Shown here in pieces: positions 30,541-40,341 of a DNA stretch of 64,000 nt. The stretch's first letter is position 1. Each line of letters opens with the position of its first letter. The translations under genes and the position numbers were made by a program. Origin of the DNA: Candidatus Dojkabacteria bacterium (GTDB lineage Bacteria > Patescibacteriota > Dojkabacteria > J137); the NCBI GenBank assembly GCA_040006935.1, contig JBDTVZ010000002.1, positions 144,174-208,173 on the forward strand, written 5' to 3'. Below the pieces are notes generated by a model that worked only from the letters and a program-made list of their open reading frames with translations, was not told the DNA's origin and did no database searches.

Positions 30541-33500
30541 TTAATTTGCTATAGCTATCCAGTTAAAACAGATGTATTTATTTGGAATATCTGCTTCATT
30601 TGTTGTAATAGACATATCAAACTTATTATCTGACTTAATATTTACTTTACTTACAATATTTTGATCCAACACGCTATCACATTGAGTCGGATTATTTGGT
30701 TCATTTTCTGAATAACCAATAATATTAGAAAGTACTGCAATCTTTTCTCTAACTGTACCTGGAATAGTTATTTCTTTAGACAAGCTTGTTGTTGAGCCAT
30801 CTCCTTTTAGAAAACCCCATCCACTTATCTGATAACTATTTTGTACTTGCAGCACATTTTCATTATTTACTTGCATCCTACTTATAACCATTCCAGATAA
30901 ACTTCTCCAATCATTTGCACCAGCATCACTGTATTCAATTCCTCCCGTAGTTTCGTTTAGTCTTATACTCAAAGGACTGGTTGATTCTCCTATTTTAATT
31001 ACACCATTAGCAGTTATTTTCACAAACTTTAAACCATCCATTACATCTATTCCTTGAGATATCTGGAGTTTACTTCCACTTAAATTTTCTTCATCTACAC
31101 CAATACTTGTTACCCCCGAACTATTATTAAAAATATTGTCCCCTATTTTTTCCCAAATCATACTATTATCGACCTCAACACTTTGTGCGATATCTTTCCA
31201 GTTTCCTGATGTATCCTTAAATTGTAAATTTCCAGAATTATTTAATCTAAATCCTGCTTCCCCGTTTTCTCCAAGGCTAATTTGAACTTTATTATTAATT
31301 CCCTCATTATTTCTAGTTATTAACACACTTATTTTTCCTATAATATTTCCTGAATAATTTTCTTGGGCTAAACCGATATTGCTATCTCCAGGGTCCGCTT
31401 TCATTCCCACTCCAGGTACGGATGAAGATGTTATTGGATCTCCAATCTTGATTTCTCCATTTTCAGTACTTACTTTCACAGGTACTTGTCCTACCATGCT
31501 AAGTAATTTCATATCAGTTCGATTATTATTAATATCTTCTATATTCGTTATGTTTCCAACAAATCCTGGATCAGTACTAATCACACCTATAACATCATTG
31601 TCATTTGCTTTAGAAGTTTTTATAAGGCTTTTTGCATCGACACTATCTAGTTTTACAATATCTCCTGGTTCAATAGTTGCATCTTTTACATGCATATATT
31701 CTGCATAGTCAGCACCTACGCTAAACCAACCTCCTTGTTTGCTTGTATACGCTCTTCCCGCAGCATCAAATCTAAATAGTTTTCCATTATCTGGTCCACC
31801 ATTTTGTTGATTAGTTATATAAAATACATCTTCTGATTTAGAAGCCCCTATATCAAAAATATCTAATGTATTCAGAACTGTAGTTCCTGCAGAATTTAAT
31901 CCACTCCAATTGTAAATCTTTCCACTATAAACTGTTGATACATGCTCATAACGGGCTGTTCCTCCTGCTAGGCCTATACTCCAAACTGCTCTCTCTGTAT
32001 CAAATATCTCCACAGTATTTACTGCTGCACTTGTAAATCCATAGACAGCATAGAATTTACCATTGTAGGGTACAAATCCATGTAATTCTCTAACAGTAGA
32101 TGCTGAAGTTCCAACTGCCCATGTATTTGTTTGGAAATCATAAATATCAACAGTGTTAGTTACTGCAGCGATAAAACCTCCAAAATTATACATTTTCCCA
32201 TTATAAAGAACTGCTGTTTGAAACCTTCTAGCAGTTCCTCCTGCTGCTCCTGTACTCCAGCTATTTGCATTTATGTCATAGATATCTAAAGAGTTAAGAT
32301 TTGATCCTGTATAACCAGCCCAAATATATATTTTCCCATTATATAAGACAGAAGAAGCAGCGCAACGACCCGTACCTCCAGAGGTTCCTGTACTCCAACT
32401 ATCTGTAACTATGTCATATATATCAACTACAGTTGTGTTTGCTGTTAACAAATTGTTTGTACAACCCGTTACAAAGTAAATTTTCCCATTATAAACCTGT
32501 GCTTGGTGAAAATCCCTTGCTGTTCCCCCTGCGGTTCCTGTTGTCCATGTATTTGTTAGGAAATCATAAATATCCATTGTATTCAATTTAGTTGTTAAAG
32601 CTGAACTGGAAGATCCTCCCCATAGATACCATTTGTTGTTATATTGGGCTCCTGCTGCTCCAGTTCTAGCTGTTCCTCCTGTAGCACCTGTAGTCCAAGC
32701 TTGTGAAGTATATTGTGCCGCCTCTTTTAATGGATAAACTAAGCCAAGAGCCTGCCCTGTTACTGTTAAAATATTATTTGTATCCAATTTTAGTTTTTCT
32801 TGGCTTCCTACATTTACTTGAAGAACAGTACTGTTATCGCCTAAATCATAAATATCCATTGTATTTATGTGGGAACCAGTATTTCCTGCCCAATTGTAAA
32901 TTTTCCCATCGTATAATACAGCAGAATGTTGACTCCTTGCTGTCCCTCCCGTAACGCCTGTTGTCCAAGCATCTGTAGCAAAAGAGTAAATATCTACTGT
33001 GTTTATAAGCGATCCTGTTGTTCCTGCCCAACTATATATTTTCCCACCATAAACAGCTGAAGTATGTAAAGCTCTAGCAGTTCCTCCTGCTGTTCCTGTA
33101 CTCCAGGTATCTGTAGCAATATTATATATATCTAATGTATTTATTGCTGTTCCTCCTGAATTTAAGCCAGCCCAATTATAAATTTTCACATTATATAAAT
33201 TTGATGTACTTTGATATCTAGCCGTACCTCCTGCTGTTCCTGTTGTCCAACTATTTGCTACAAAATCATAAATATCTAATGTATTTATTGCTGTTCCTCC
33301 TGAGTTCAATCCTCCCCAGCTATACATCTTTCCACTGTAAACTATTGCTGAATGCTGACTTCTAGCAGTACCTCCTGCTGTTCCAGTTGTCCATGCATCT
33401 GTTGCAATATCATAAATGTCTACTGTATTTAAAGCTGTTCCTCCAGAGTTTAACCCTCCCCAGCTATAAATTTTTCCATTGTATACAACCGAAGTATGCT

Positions 33501-36489
33501 GCTGTCTTGCAGTTCCCCCTGCTGTTCCAGTAGACCATGTGTTAGTTGCAATATCGTAAATATCTAAAGTATTTATTACAGAACCTGTTGTCCCACCCCA
33601 ACTATATATTTTTCCATTATATAAAATGGAAGTGTGCCTAGACCTAGCAGTTCCTCCTGCTTTACCAGTAGACCAAGAAGCTGTTACATTTACTGCATCA
33701 GTTGTATTGATTATTAATCCGTTAGTTGTAGTGATATTTAACTGATCTCCAGTAGAAGTTATTGTTGATCCTTCAATTCTCAGTCCTCTTGGCGCAACGA
33801 TATTTCTATCTCCAAAGCTAGTGCCATTAGCATCCCCTCCTGCTCTTAAATAATTATAGATATTTGCTGAATCGAATTGTTGATTTAGATTTGCTGTTTG
33901 TCCATCTCCACCTACAGTTGGAGCTGTATACTCTACTACTGTTTGACCATTGGACCAAGAAAGAGCTGGAGTTACTGTCATTTGAGTTGCTGAGTCTATG
34001 CTATCTATTCTTGCATAGGTCGTTCCATTAAGAAATACTAGATTCCCAATGTCAAAATTAGTTGTTGAGGCCACAACAAGGTTTCTAGTTGATGAACCTG
34101 TTCCCGTTGCGGTTGTTGAACCATTTGCTATTGTAACTAATGACCTCATATTTCCTGCGAAGTTAGAAAGACCATTAAATGTACTATCCAATGCTATTTC
34201 TAAAGAATAATTTGAAGTTAGAACCCCACTGGCACTACGATAAATAAGTCCGCCGCCGATTGAAATACCACCACTAACCGTCTGGGTGAATTTAACAAGA
34301 AACGAATCGTTTGAACCTGCCGTAGATTTAACATCTGTCCCTGAGGTAAAGTCAAAGTCCAGGTTAGAACTTTGAAATGCTCCTACAGCATAGATATCGG
34401 TTCCATTAGCATAGATACCTGCAGGATTATCCAGTCCAGCAGCTCCTATTGAAACAGTCCAAGCATAGTTACCGTTAGGATAATATTTTGAAAAATATAC
34501 ATCATTACTACCTACGCTTACCTTGTTATCAAAACCCGTTGAAGTACCATCAAAATCTGTAGCGGCTCCTACACCAGAAGCACCAGTACCTATATATAAA
34601 CTACCGCCTGAATCAATACTTAAAGAATTTGTAGAGTCTGACGCTTCACTTCCAAAAGTCCTCGCCCAGCCATAGCTTGCATCGGAATTGTACTTCACTA
34701 AAAATCCATCTGCACTTCCACCTATTACTGATTTTGTATCTGTTCCTGCTGTGCCATCAAAATCTGTTGTATTTCCAAATGATCCTGCAGCGTAAACTGA
34801 AGTAGTGCTAGCAACTAAAGCATTGACTTGGTCCCCAACTCCACCAGTAGTATGCCCAGCAAAAACTCTTGTCCATGCGTAGACACCAGCTGTTGTATAT
34901 TTTGAGATATATGCACTGTTGGCAGTTCCACTACTAAAACTTGATTGACTATCTGTTCCTGCAGTAGTGTCAAAATCTATACTTGCACCTACAAACCCAC
35001 CACCAAAATAAAAGAACCCATCTGTTGTTACTGCAATACCTTTCCCAATATCTGTATTTCCTGAACCTCCAAATGCTCCTCCAAATAGGTACGCACCAGT
35101 TGTATCATATTTAGCAAAATAAGCATCATCCCCACTACTTGTATGATTATCTGTTCCTGCACCAGGATTAAAATCCACGGTTGTACCATTATATCTACCA
35201 GTAATGTAAGAGTTACCACTTGAGTCTACAGCAATTGCAGAACACTGTTCTGTGGTTGCCGCTGTTGAACCCCCAAAATGTTTTCCCCATTGATAAGTTC
35301 CACTGGAATTATATTTAATAATGAAATTGTCGGTTCCTCCTGCACTTACATGACTATCTGTACCTGCGTTTCCATTAAAATCTTGTGTTCCACTAAAAGC
35401 TCCACAGTAATATACGTCTGTATCAGTTGCGGCAACACTCAATACTTGTTGTGTACCACTAGTTGTTGATATTACTCTTGACCATTGATAAGCACCACTT
35501 GCGTTGTATTTAGTAAGATATAAACCAGTTCCGGAACTTGTAAAAGGATCTGTACCTCCTGTTCCATCTAAGTCGATACTCGTACCAGTAAAAGTTCCAA
35601 CCTGATACACTCCAGTTCCATCTGGTGATACATATACAGATTGACCTATATCTGTGCCCGATCCCCCTACTACTCTAGAGAAACCGTACCCTGGAAGTGA
35701 ATCAGATAAACCTAATTGACCAGTATTATTTACAGTAAGTACATTGGCCCCTGCAGTTTGTAATTGCAGAAGAGTTCCTGTTCCTGTCTGATTAACTCTA
35801 ATTGCTCCATTTGTGCTTGTTGTATTTTGAATTGCCGATGGATTTAACTGTACAAAGTCTGATGAAGAGAATCCATTTAAGGTTTGAGCCACAAACGCGC
35901 TTGGGGCTGTTCGCAAATTAATTCTTCCAAATGTTTCAGCATTTCCCGAAGACCCTGTTAAACTTGTCCATGTACCATCTACATCCCATGTTAATTCTAA
36001 CCAAAGATCAGATCTTGCAAAGTTAATACCCGTTGTTGAATCCGCATCTCCATTATCATCAAAGAGATTACATACTGTTGCAGATGCACCTGTAGTACCC
36101 CATTGATGAGTAGCGCTTGTAGTAGCCCCACAAACAGAATTTATTGTTAGATTTAAAATTCCATTAGTATCTCCCAGTTCTATATTTGTGAATAATTCTT
36201 CATACATCAAATTATTTCCGGCTGTGGCGGTTCCACCAGTTTGTTGATTCCAGATTCTGATTCTGAAATCACAAGTATCTGCTGACCCAGTAATTACACA
36301 AGCTGGCATTGCGTTCTGTGGATTTATCCCACTTGATTTCAATGTTAATTTTGTTTGGAAATTTATAGTGTTTTTTATGGCGGCGCTAACTTTAAAATTT
36401 CCCACAAAAAAAGTGATAAATATAAAAATGAAAGCTATAGCCGTAGAAGTCTTTATAGTATTGAGTTTTAGACAGTTAGTCCACCTCAT
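30541..36489 (-). CDS. giant secreted protein: SBBP-like beta-propeller plus double Kelch plus chaperone/autocleavage domain (paralog 3)
   Basis: Architecture of paralogs 1 and 2 plus ~470 aa of GG.G.D.G..IAVDSSGNSYITG...KY...G.YQW repeats. Confidence 0.85.
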   Translation of the reverse strand: MRWTNCLKLNTIKTSTAIAFIFIFITFFVGNFKVSAAIKNTINFQTKLTLKSSGINPQNAMPACVITGSADTCDFRIRIWNQQTGGTATAGNNLMYEELFTNIELGDTNGILNLTINSVCGATTSATHQWGTTGASATVCNLFDDNGDADSTTGINFARSDLWLELTWDVDGTWTSLTGSSGNAETFGRINLRTAPSAFVAQTLNGFSSSDFVQLNPSAIQNTTSTNGAIRVNQTGTGTLLQLQTAGANVLTVNNTGQLGLSDSLPGYGFSRVVGGSGTDIGQSVYVSPDGTGVYQVGTFTGTSIDLDGTGGTDPFTSSGTGLYLTKYNASGAYQWSRVISTTSGTQQVLSVAATDTDVYYCGAFSGTQDFNGNAGTDSHVSAGGTDNFIIKYNSSGTYQWGKHFGGSTAATTEQCSAIAVDSSGNSYITGRYNGTTVDFNPGAGTDNHTSSGDDAYFAKYDTTGAYLFGGAFGGSGNTDIGKGIAVTTDGFFYFGGGFVGASIDFDTTAGTDSQSSFSSGTANSAYISKYTTAGVYAWTRVFAGHTTGGVGDQVNALVASTTSVYAAGSFGNTTDFDGTAGTDTKSVIGGSADGFLVKYNSDASYGWARTFGSEASDSTNSLSIDSGGSLYIGTGASGVGAATDFDGTSTGFDNKVSVGSNDVYFSKYYPNGNYAWTVSIGAAGLDNPAGIYANGTDIYAVGAFQSSNLDFDFTSGTDVKSTAGSNDSFLVKFTQTVSGGISIGGGLIYRSASGVLTSNYSLEIALDSTFNGLSNFAGNMRSLVTIANGSTTATGTGSSTRNLVVASTTNFDIGNLVFLNGTTYARIDSIDSATQMTVTPALSWSNGQTVVEYTAPTVGGDGQTANLNQQFDSANIYNYLRAGGDANGTSFGDRNIVAPRGLRIEGSTITSTGDQLNITTTNGLIINTTDAVNVTASWSTGKAGGTARSRHTSILYNGKIYSWGGTTGSVINTLDIYDIATNTWSTGTAGGTARQQHTSVVYNGKIYSWGGLNSGGTALNTVDIYDIATDAWTTGTAGGTARSQHSAIVYSGKMYSWGGLNSGGTAINTLDIYDFVANSWTTGTAGGTARYQSTSNLYNVKIYNWAGLNSGGTAINTLDIYNIATDTWSTGTAGGTARALHTSAVYGGKIYSWAGTTGSLINTVDIYSFATDAWTTGVTGGTARSQHSAVLYDGKIYNWAGNTGSHINTMDIYDLGDNSTVLQVNVGSQEKLKLDTNNILTVTGQALGLVYPLKEAAQYTSQAWTTGATGGTARTGAAGAQYNNKWYLWGGSSSSALTTKLNTMDIYDFLTNTWTTGTAGGTARDFHQAQVYNGKIYFVTGCTNNLLTANTTVVDIYDIVTDSWSTGTSGGTGRCAASSVLYNGKIYIWAGYTGSNLNSLDIYDINANSWSTGAAGGTARRFQTAVLYNGKMYNFGGFIAAVTNTVDIYDFQTNTWAVGTSASTVRELHGFVPYNGKFYAVYGFTSAAVNTVEIFDTERAVWSIGLAGGTARYEHVSTVYSGKIYNWSGLNSAGTTVLNTLDIFDIGASKSEDVFYITNQQNGGPDNGKLFRFDAAGRAYTSKQGGWFSVGADYAEYMHVKDATIEPGDIVKLDSVDAKSLIKTSKANDNDVIGVISTDPGFVGNITNIEDINNNRTDMKLLSMVGQVPVKVSTENGEIKIGDPITSSSVPGVGMKADPGDSNIGLAQENYSGNIIGKISVLITRNNEGINNKVQISLGENGEAGFRLNNSGNLQFKDTSGNWKDIAQSVEVDNSMIWEKIGDNIFNNSSGVTSIGVDEENLSGSKLQISQGIDVMDGLKFVKITANGVIKIGESTSPLSIRLNETTGGIEYSDAGANDWRSLSGMVISRMQVNNENVLQVQNSYQISGWGFLKGDGSTTSLSKEITIPGTVREKIAVLSNIIGYSENEPNNPTQCDSVLDQNIVSKVNIKSDNKFDMSITTNEADIPNKYICFNWIAIAN

Positions 36490-36603
36490 TAAATTTTAGG
36501 TAAAAACATTAAGTGCACAATACTCAGTTTATCAGAAGAATAAGGGGATGTGAAGTTTTAGGACTAAATTTTATTACACTTTTTTAGAGACAAGAAATTG
36601 GAT

Positions 36604-36630
36604 AAAAAAAGTCTCTTTTGGAGACTTTTA
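36604..36630 (-). terminator. intrinsic terminator after rplO
   Basis: Minus strand AAAAGTCTC-CAAAA-GAGACTTTT followed by TTT. Confidence 0.75.
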
Positions 36631-36649
36631 AAATCGAAGGATTATTATT

Positions 36650-37138
36650 TTACTCTACAGTTCCTCCTGCTTTTTCTATTGCAGATTTTGCAGTTTTTGA
36701 AGTTGCAACTCCTTTTAGATTTATTTTTATATCAATTTCTTTATCAAAAAGAACTTTTACCACTAATTCTTTATGAAATTTGGGACTTATTAAACCATAT
36801 TCAACTAAATTTACAATACTAACTTCTGGATTTTTTGATTCCTTGACTGCATCTGCAAGTAAGCTTAATTTTACAGGAGAATTTCTTTGCATAGACATGA
36901 AAGTTCCTCTACCAGTAAAACCTTTTCCTTTAGATGGAGTTCCTTTGTAAATTGGTAATCTTCTGTTGATTGGATTTTGTCCCCCTTCAAATCCTGGTCT
37001 TGGTTGCTTGTGACCACCTCTTGCAGTCTGACCTTTTCCACCTCTTCCACTTGTATGTCCACCTACCCCACTACCTATCCCTCTTCCGATTTTCTTTTTA
37101 GCTTGTATTGTTTTTGGTGAAGGTAAATTATTTAACAT
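36650..37138 (-). CDS. rplO: 50S ribosomal protein L15
   Basis: GRGIGSG..GHTSGRGGKGQTAR, FEGGQNP..RRLP and IEKAGG. Confidence 0.97.
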   Translation of the reverse strand: MLNNLPSPKTIQAKKKIGRGIGSGVGGHTSGRGGKGQTARGGHKQPRPGFEGGQNPINRRLPIYKGTPSKGKGFTGRGTFMSMQRNSPVKLSLLADAVKESKNPEVSIVNLVEYGLISPKFHKELVVKVLFDKEIDIKINLKGVATSKTAKSAIEKAGGTVE

Positions 37139-37164
37139 CTTTAAAATGAATCTTTAAATTAAAT

Positions 37165-37734
37165 TTATAGTCTTGTTTGTCTTAATAAACCAAGTGCCTG
37201 TACTGTTGCATAAGCATTTGTAATCTTATTGTCTGCGCCCATTATTTTTCCTAGGACGTCATTTATCCCTGCTACTTCAGCTACAAGTCTCATTGAAGAT
37301 CCAGCAATAATTCCAGTTCCTGGAGAAGCTGGTTTTAGTAGCACTCTAGCAGACTTGAATTTATGTAAAATCTCATGAGGAATTGTATTACCCTTTAATT
37401 TGATAAAGATCATGCTTTTTTTTGCTTTTAGAACTGCTTTTTCTTGTGCACTTCTAACATCATCTCCTTTCCCTAATCCTAAACCAACCTTTCCTTTCTT
37501 ATCTCCAACAACAACAAATACACTAATCTTCATTCTCCTTCCACCTTTATACATTTTTGTTACTCTTCTAACATCAATAATTTTAGTTTCGAAAGCATCT
37601 TTATCTTCTCGTTTCTTTCCATTCTCATCTCTTCTCTTTGGCCTTAGCTTTGTTTTATTTTTTTCAAATCTTCTAGGCTCAGTTTCTTGAGTGTTTGTTT
37701 GTGGTTTTGTTTCTTCTACTTTTGTATCTGACAT
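37165..37734 (-). CDS. rpsE: 30S ribosomal protein S5
   Basis: RRVTKMYKGGR, VVVGDKKGKVGLG and LKPASPGTGIIAG. Confidence 0.97.
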   Translation of the reverse strand: MSDTKVEETKPQTNTQETEPRRFEKNKTKLRPKRRDENGKKREDKDAFETKIIDVRRVTKMYKGGRRMKISVFVVVGDKKGKVGLGLGKGDDVRSAQEKAVLKAKKSMIFIKLKGNTIPHEILHKFKSARVLLKPASPGTGIIAGSSMRLVAEVAGINDVLGKIMGADNKITNAYATVQALGLLRQTRL

Positions 37735-37753
37735 TTAAAAATTTTAATTTTAA

Positions 37754-38107
37754 TTATAACTTTAATCCTGATTCTCTCATTGCATCTGCAAGAGCTTTAA
37801 CCTTTCCATGATATTTATATCCATTTCTATCAAAAACTACGTTTTCGATTCCTGTGCTTAATATTTTTTTAGCTAACGCTTTTCCTACTTCAATAGCTTT
37901 TTCCATTCCTTTCATCTTCTTTGCTTTGAGTTCATAATCAGAAGAGGATACTATAGTTTTTCCCTGAACATCGTCAATGGCTTGAGCATAAATATGTTGA
38001 TTTGATCTAAACACTGTTACTCTAGGTTTTGATTGAGTTCCAGAAATCGACTTTCTGATATGTTGTTTTCTTTTTTCCCTATTTTGTAATTTCTTAAGTG
38101 CTTTCAT
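37754..38107 (-). CDS. rplR: 50S ribosomal protein L18
   Basis: PRVTVFRSNQHIYAQ and VVFDRNGYKYHGKVKALAD. Confidence 0.97.
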   Translation of the reverse strand: MKALKKLQNREKRKQHIRKSISGTQSKPRVTVFRSNQHIYAQAIDDVQGKTIVSSSDYELKAKKMKGMEKAIEVGKALAKKILSTGIENVVFDRNGYKYHGKVKALADAMRESGLKL

Positions 38108-38109
38108 TT

Positions 38110-38664
38110 TTATTTAGATGATTTTGTAGATTTCTTCTTAACTTTTTCTCCTTTGTATCTAACTCCTTTTCCTTTATATGGTTCAGGTTTTCTGAATCCT
38201 CTTAATTTAGCAGCTACCTCTCCTACTTTTTGTTTATCATAACCTTCAACTTTTACGTTTACTTGATCTGTTACAGTTATTATAATTCCGACTGGTGGTT
38301 CAAAATTAATTTTATGAGAATAACCTAGGGACATTACTAATTTATTACCTTGCATTTCTGCTCTATAACCAATTCCGACGATCTCAAGTTCTTTTGAGTA
38401 TCCTGTTGTTACTCCATCAACCATATTTTGAACAAGAGTTCTAAATAATCCATAAAAAGCTCTAGTTTGTTTTTGCTCGTCCTCTTTTCTTAATTCAAGA
38501 GTATCTCCCTTTAAATCGAAGATTATCCCTTGCCTAAAAGATTCTGTTAATTCTCCTTTCGGCCCTTTTACAGCAACTTCTTTGTACCCATATCTTCCTC
38601 CATCGTTTACTGTTAGAGTTACTCCTTGTGGAATTGTTATTGCTTTTTTTCCTATTCTTGACAT
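38110..38664 (-). CDS. rplF: 50S ribosomal protein L6
   Basis: MSRIGKK and RKPEPYKGKGVRY. Confidence 0.97.
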   Translation of the reverse strand: MSRIGKKAITIPQGVTLTVNDGGRYGYKEVAVKGPKGELTESFRQGIIFDLKGDTLELRKEDEQKQTRAFYGLFRTLVQNMVDGVTTGYSKELEIVGIGYRAEMQGNKLVMSLGYSHKINFEPPVGIIITVTDQVNVKVEGYDKQKVGEVAAKLRGFRKPEPYKGKGVRYKGEKVKKKSTKSSK

Positions 38665-38698
38665 CTTAGTTTGAAAATTCTTTTATTGTATAAACTGA

Positions 38699-39091
38699 TT
38701 AGTAAACATAGCAGAGATATTCTCCACCTACTTTCTGCTTCTTAGCTTCTTCTCCTGTAATCACTCCTTTTGGAGTTGTTAAAATTGCGATTCCCATTCC
38801 GCTCATTATCTTTTTAACATTCTTATATCCTACATAATTTCGAATACCTGGTTTTGAAATTCTTACTAATTCTCTGATTGCTGATTCTCCATTTACATAT
38901 TTTAATTCCACAACTAATCTACTCTGTGGCTTCTCTTCTTCAACTTTGTAAGATGTAATAAATCCTTCTTTTTTTAGAATCTCTGCAACAGCTACTAACA
39001 TCTTTGAAGATGGTATTTCTACATATTCTTTTTTTCTATCTATTGCATTCCTTAATCTTGAAAGGAAGTCTCCGATTGGATCTATTATCAT
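38699..39091 (-). CDS. rpsH: 30S ribosomal protein S8
   Basis: DPIGDFLSRLRNA, RISKPGIR and VGGEYLCYV. Confidence 0.97.
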   Translation of the reverse strand: MIIDPIGDFLSRLRNAIDRKKEYVEIPSSKMLVAVAEILKKEGFITSYKVEEEKPQSRLVVELKYVNGESAIRELVRISKPGIRNYVGYKNVKKIMSGMGIAILTTPKGVITGEEAKKQKVGGEYLCYVY

Positions 39092-39133
39092 TTTATATAT
39101 TTAATATTCTTATAAATCTCAAAAAAACTAGAC

Positions 39134-39346
39134 TTAGAAACTGTACTTTACAACTCCAGGAAGTTCTCCATTTAGAGCCATATTTCTAAAACAGATTCTG
39201 CATACTTTGAATTTACCAATATAACCTCTCGGTCTACCACAAATTCTGCATCTGTTCCTAAGTCTAACTTTCTTAAAATGTGTATTGCCATTTTTTACTC
39301 GTTTTAAATTCCTATTAAATTTTGCTATTGCTGCTTTGTTTGCCAT
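39134..39346 (-). CDS. rpsN: 30S ribosomal protein S14 (Zn-ribbon type)
   Basis: [22 protein letters not shown]. Confidence 0.95.
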   Translation of the reverse strand: MANKAAIAKFNRNLKRVKNGNTHFKKVRLRNRCRICGRPRGYIGKFKVCRICFRNMALNGELPGVVKYSF

Positions 39347-39425
39347 TTTTTATTTAATTATTTTAAATTCAAAAATACCAGAAATTATAACGCTCTCAGG
39401 CTTTTTTATCAACCTGTTGGATGAA

Positions 39426-39983
39426 TTACTTTCTCGTTTTTAACCTTTCAAAAGGCATGCCTAATAGTTCCAGTAATCTTATTGTTTGTTCGTTATTTTT
39501 TGCTGATGTGTTAATTACAACTTGAATTGATCTGATTTTTACAAATGTTGAGGTGTCAATTTCAGGGAAAATCGTATGCTCCCTAATACCCATTGTATAG
39601 CTACCCTTTCCGTCTAAGGATTTTCTAGAAACTCCTCTAAAGTCTTTAATTCTTGGGAGAGTTGTATTTACTAATTTACTAAAAAAATCCCACATTCTAT
39701 CCCCTCTTAATGTTACTTTTACTCCATTTGGAGTATTCTCTCTTAATTTAAAGTTAGAAATAGCTGTTTTGGAGTTAATAATTACTGGTTTTTGACCTGT
39801 AATTGCTTCCATTGTTGTAACCATTTCATCTACAACTGAAGTGTTAGTTTTGTATTCACTACCAATTCCTGCGTTTACAACAATTTTCTTTAAAGTTGGA
39901 ACAGCAAAAATGTTCTTAATTCCGAACTCTTCTTCGAGTTTCTTCTCTATTTCTTTTTTATATTTTTCTCTTAACTCTGACAT
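39426..39983 (-). CDS. rplE: 50S ribosomal protein L5
   Basis: ITGQKP, KVTLRG..MWDF, LPRIKDFRG and IFPEID. Confidence 0.97.
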   Translation of the reverse strand: MSELREKYKKEIEKKLEEEFGIKNIFAVPTLKKIVVNAGIGSEYKTNTSVVDEMVTTMEAITGQKPVIINSKTAISNFKLRENTPNGVKVTLRGDRMWDFFSKLVNTTLPRIKDFRGVSRKSLDGKGSYTMGIREHTIFPEIDTSTFVKIRSIQVVINTSAKNNEQTIRLLELLGMPFERLKTRK

Positions 39984-40000
39984 ATTTGATTTATTAGTAT

Positions 40001-40324
40001 TTATATTATTTCTCCTGATTTTTTTGATACTCTGATTTTTTTACCTGTTTTATCATCTACTTTGAAACCTACTCTTACTGGTTTATCTGTTTTTTTATCG
40101 ATTAACATTACATTTGAAATATCAATTGGTTTTTCAAATTCAATAATTCCACCTTGTATTCCAAATTGTGGATTAGGTTTTTGAGCTCTTTTAACAACGT
40201 TAATTCCTTTTATTATAATTCCCACCTTCGCTTCTTTTATAACTAGTTTATCTACCTCACCTCTCTTCCCAGCGTCCTTTCCTCTCATTATTTGTACTAA
40301 ATCTCCTTTTTTAATCTTATTCAT
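40001..40324 (-). CDS. rplX: 50S ribosomal protein L24
   Basis: KIKKGD.V....GKD.GK.G and E.PIDISNVML. Confidence 0.96.
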   Translation of the reverse strand: MNKIKKGDLVQIMRGKDAGKRGEVDKLVIKEAKVGIIIKGINVVKRAQKPNPQFGIQGGIIEFEKPIDISNVMLIDKKTDKPVRVGFKVDDKTGKKIRVSKKSGEII

Positions 40325-40341
40325 ATTATTTATTTAATCCT

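Noticed and set aside
22675-33680. Regularly spaced ~132-nt DNA repeats as a CRISPR array
   Set aside because: They are in-frame Kelch blades within long ORFs, degenerate at third positions, and no cas genes are present.
22128-35469. Similar antisense ORFs repeated in the three giant genes (e.g. 22128, 26906, 31379)
   Set aside because: Their similarity just mirrors the conserved sense-strand domain.
20937-36489. Prophage
   Set aside because: Only fibre-like domains are present. The proteins have signal peptides, and there are no capsid, terminase, integrase or lysis genes.
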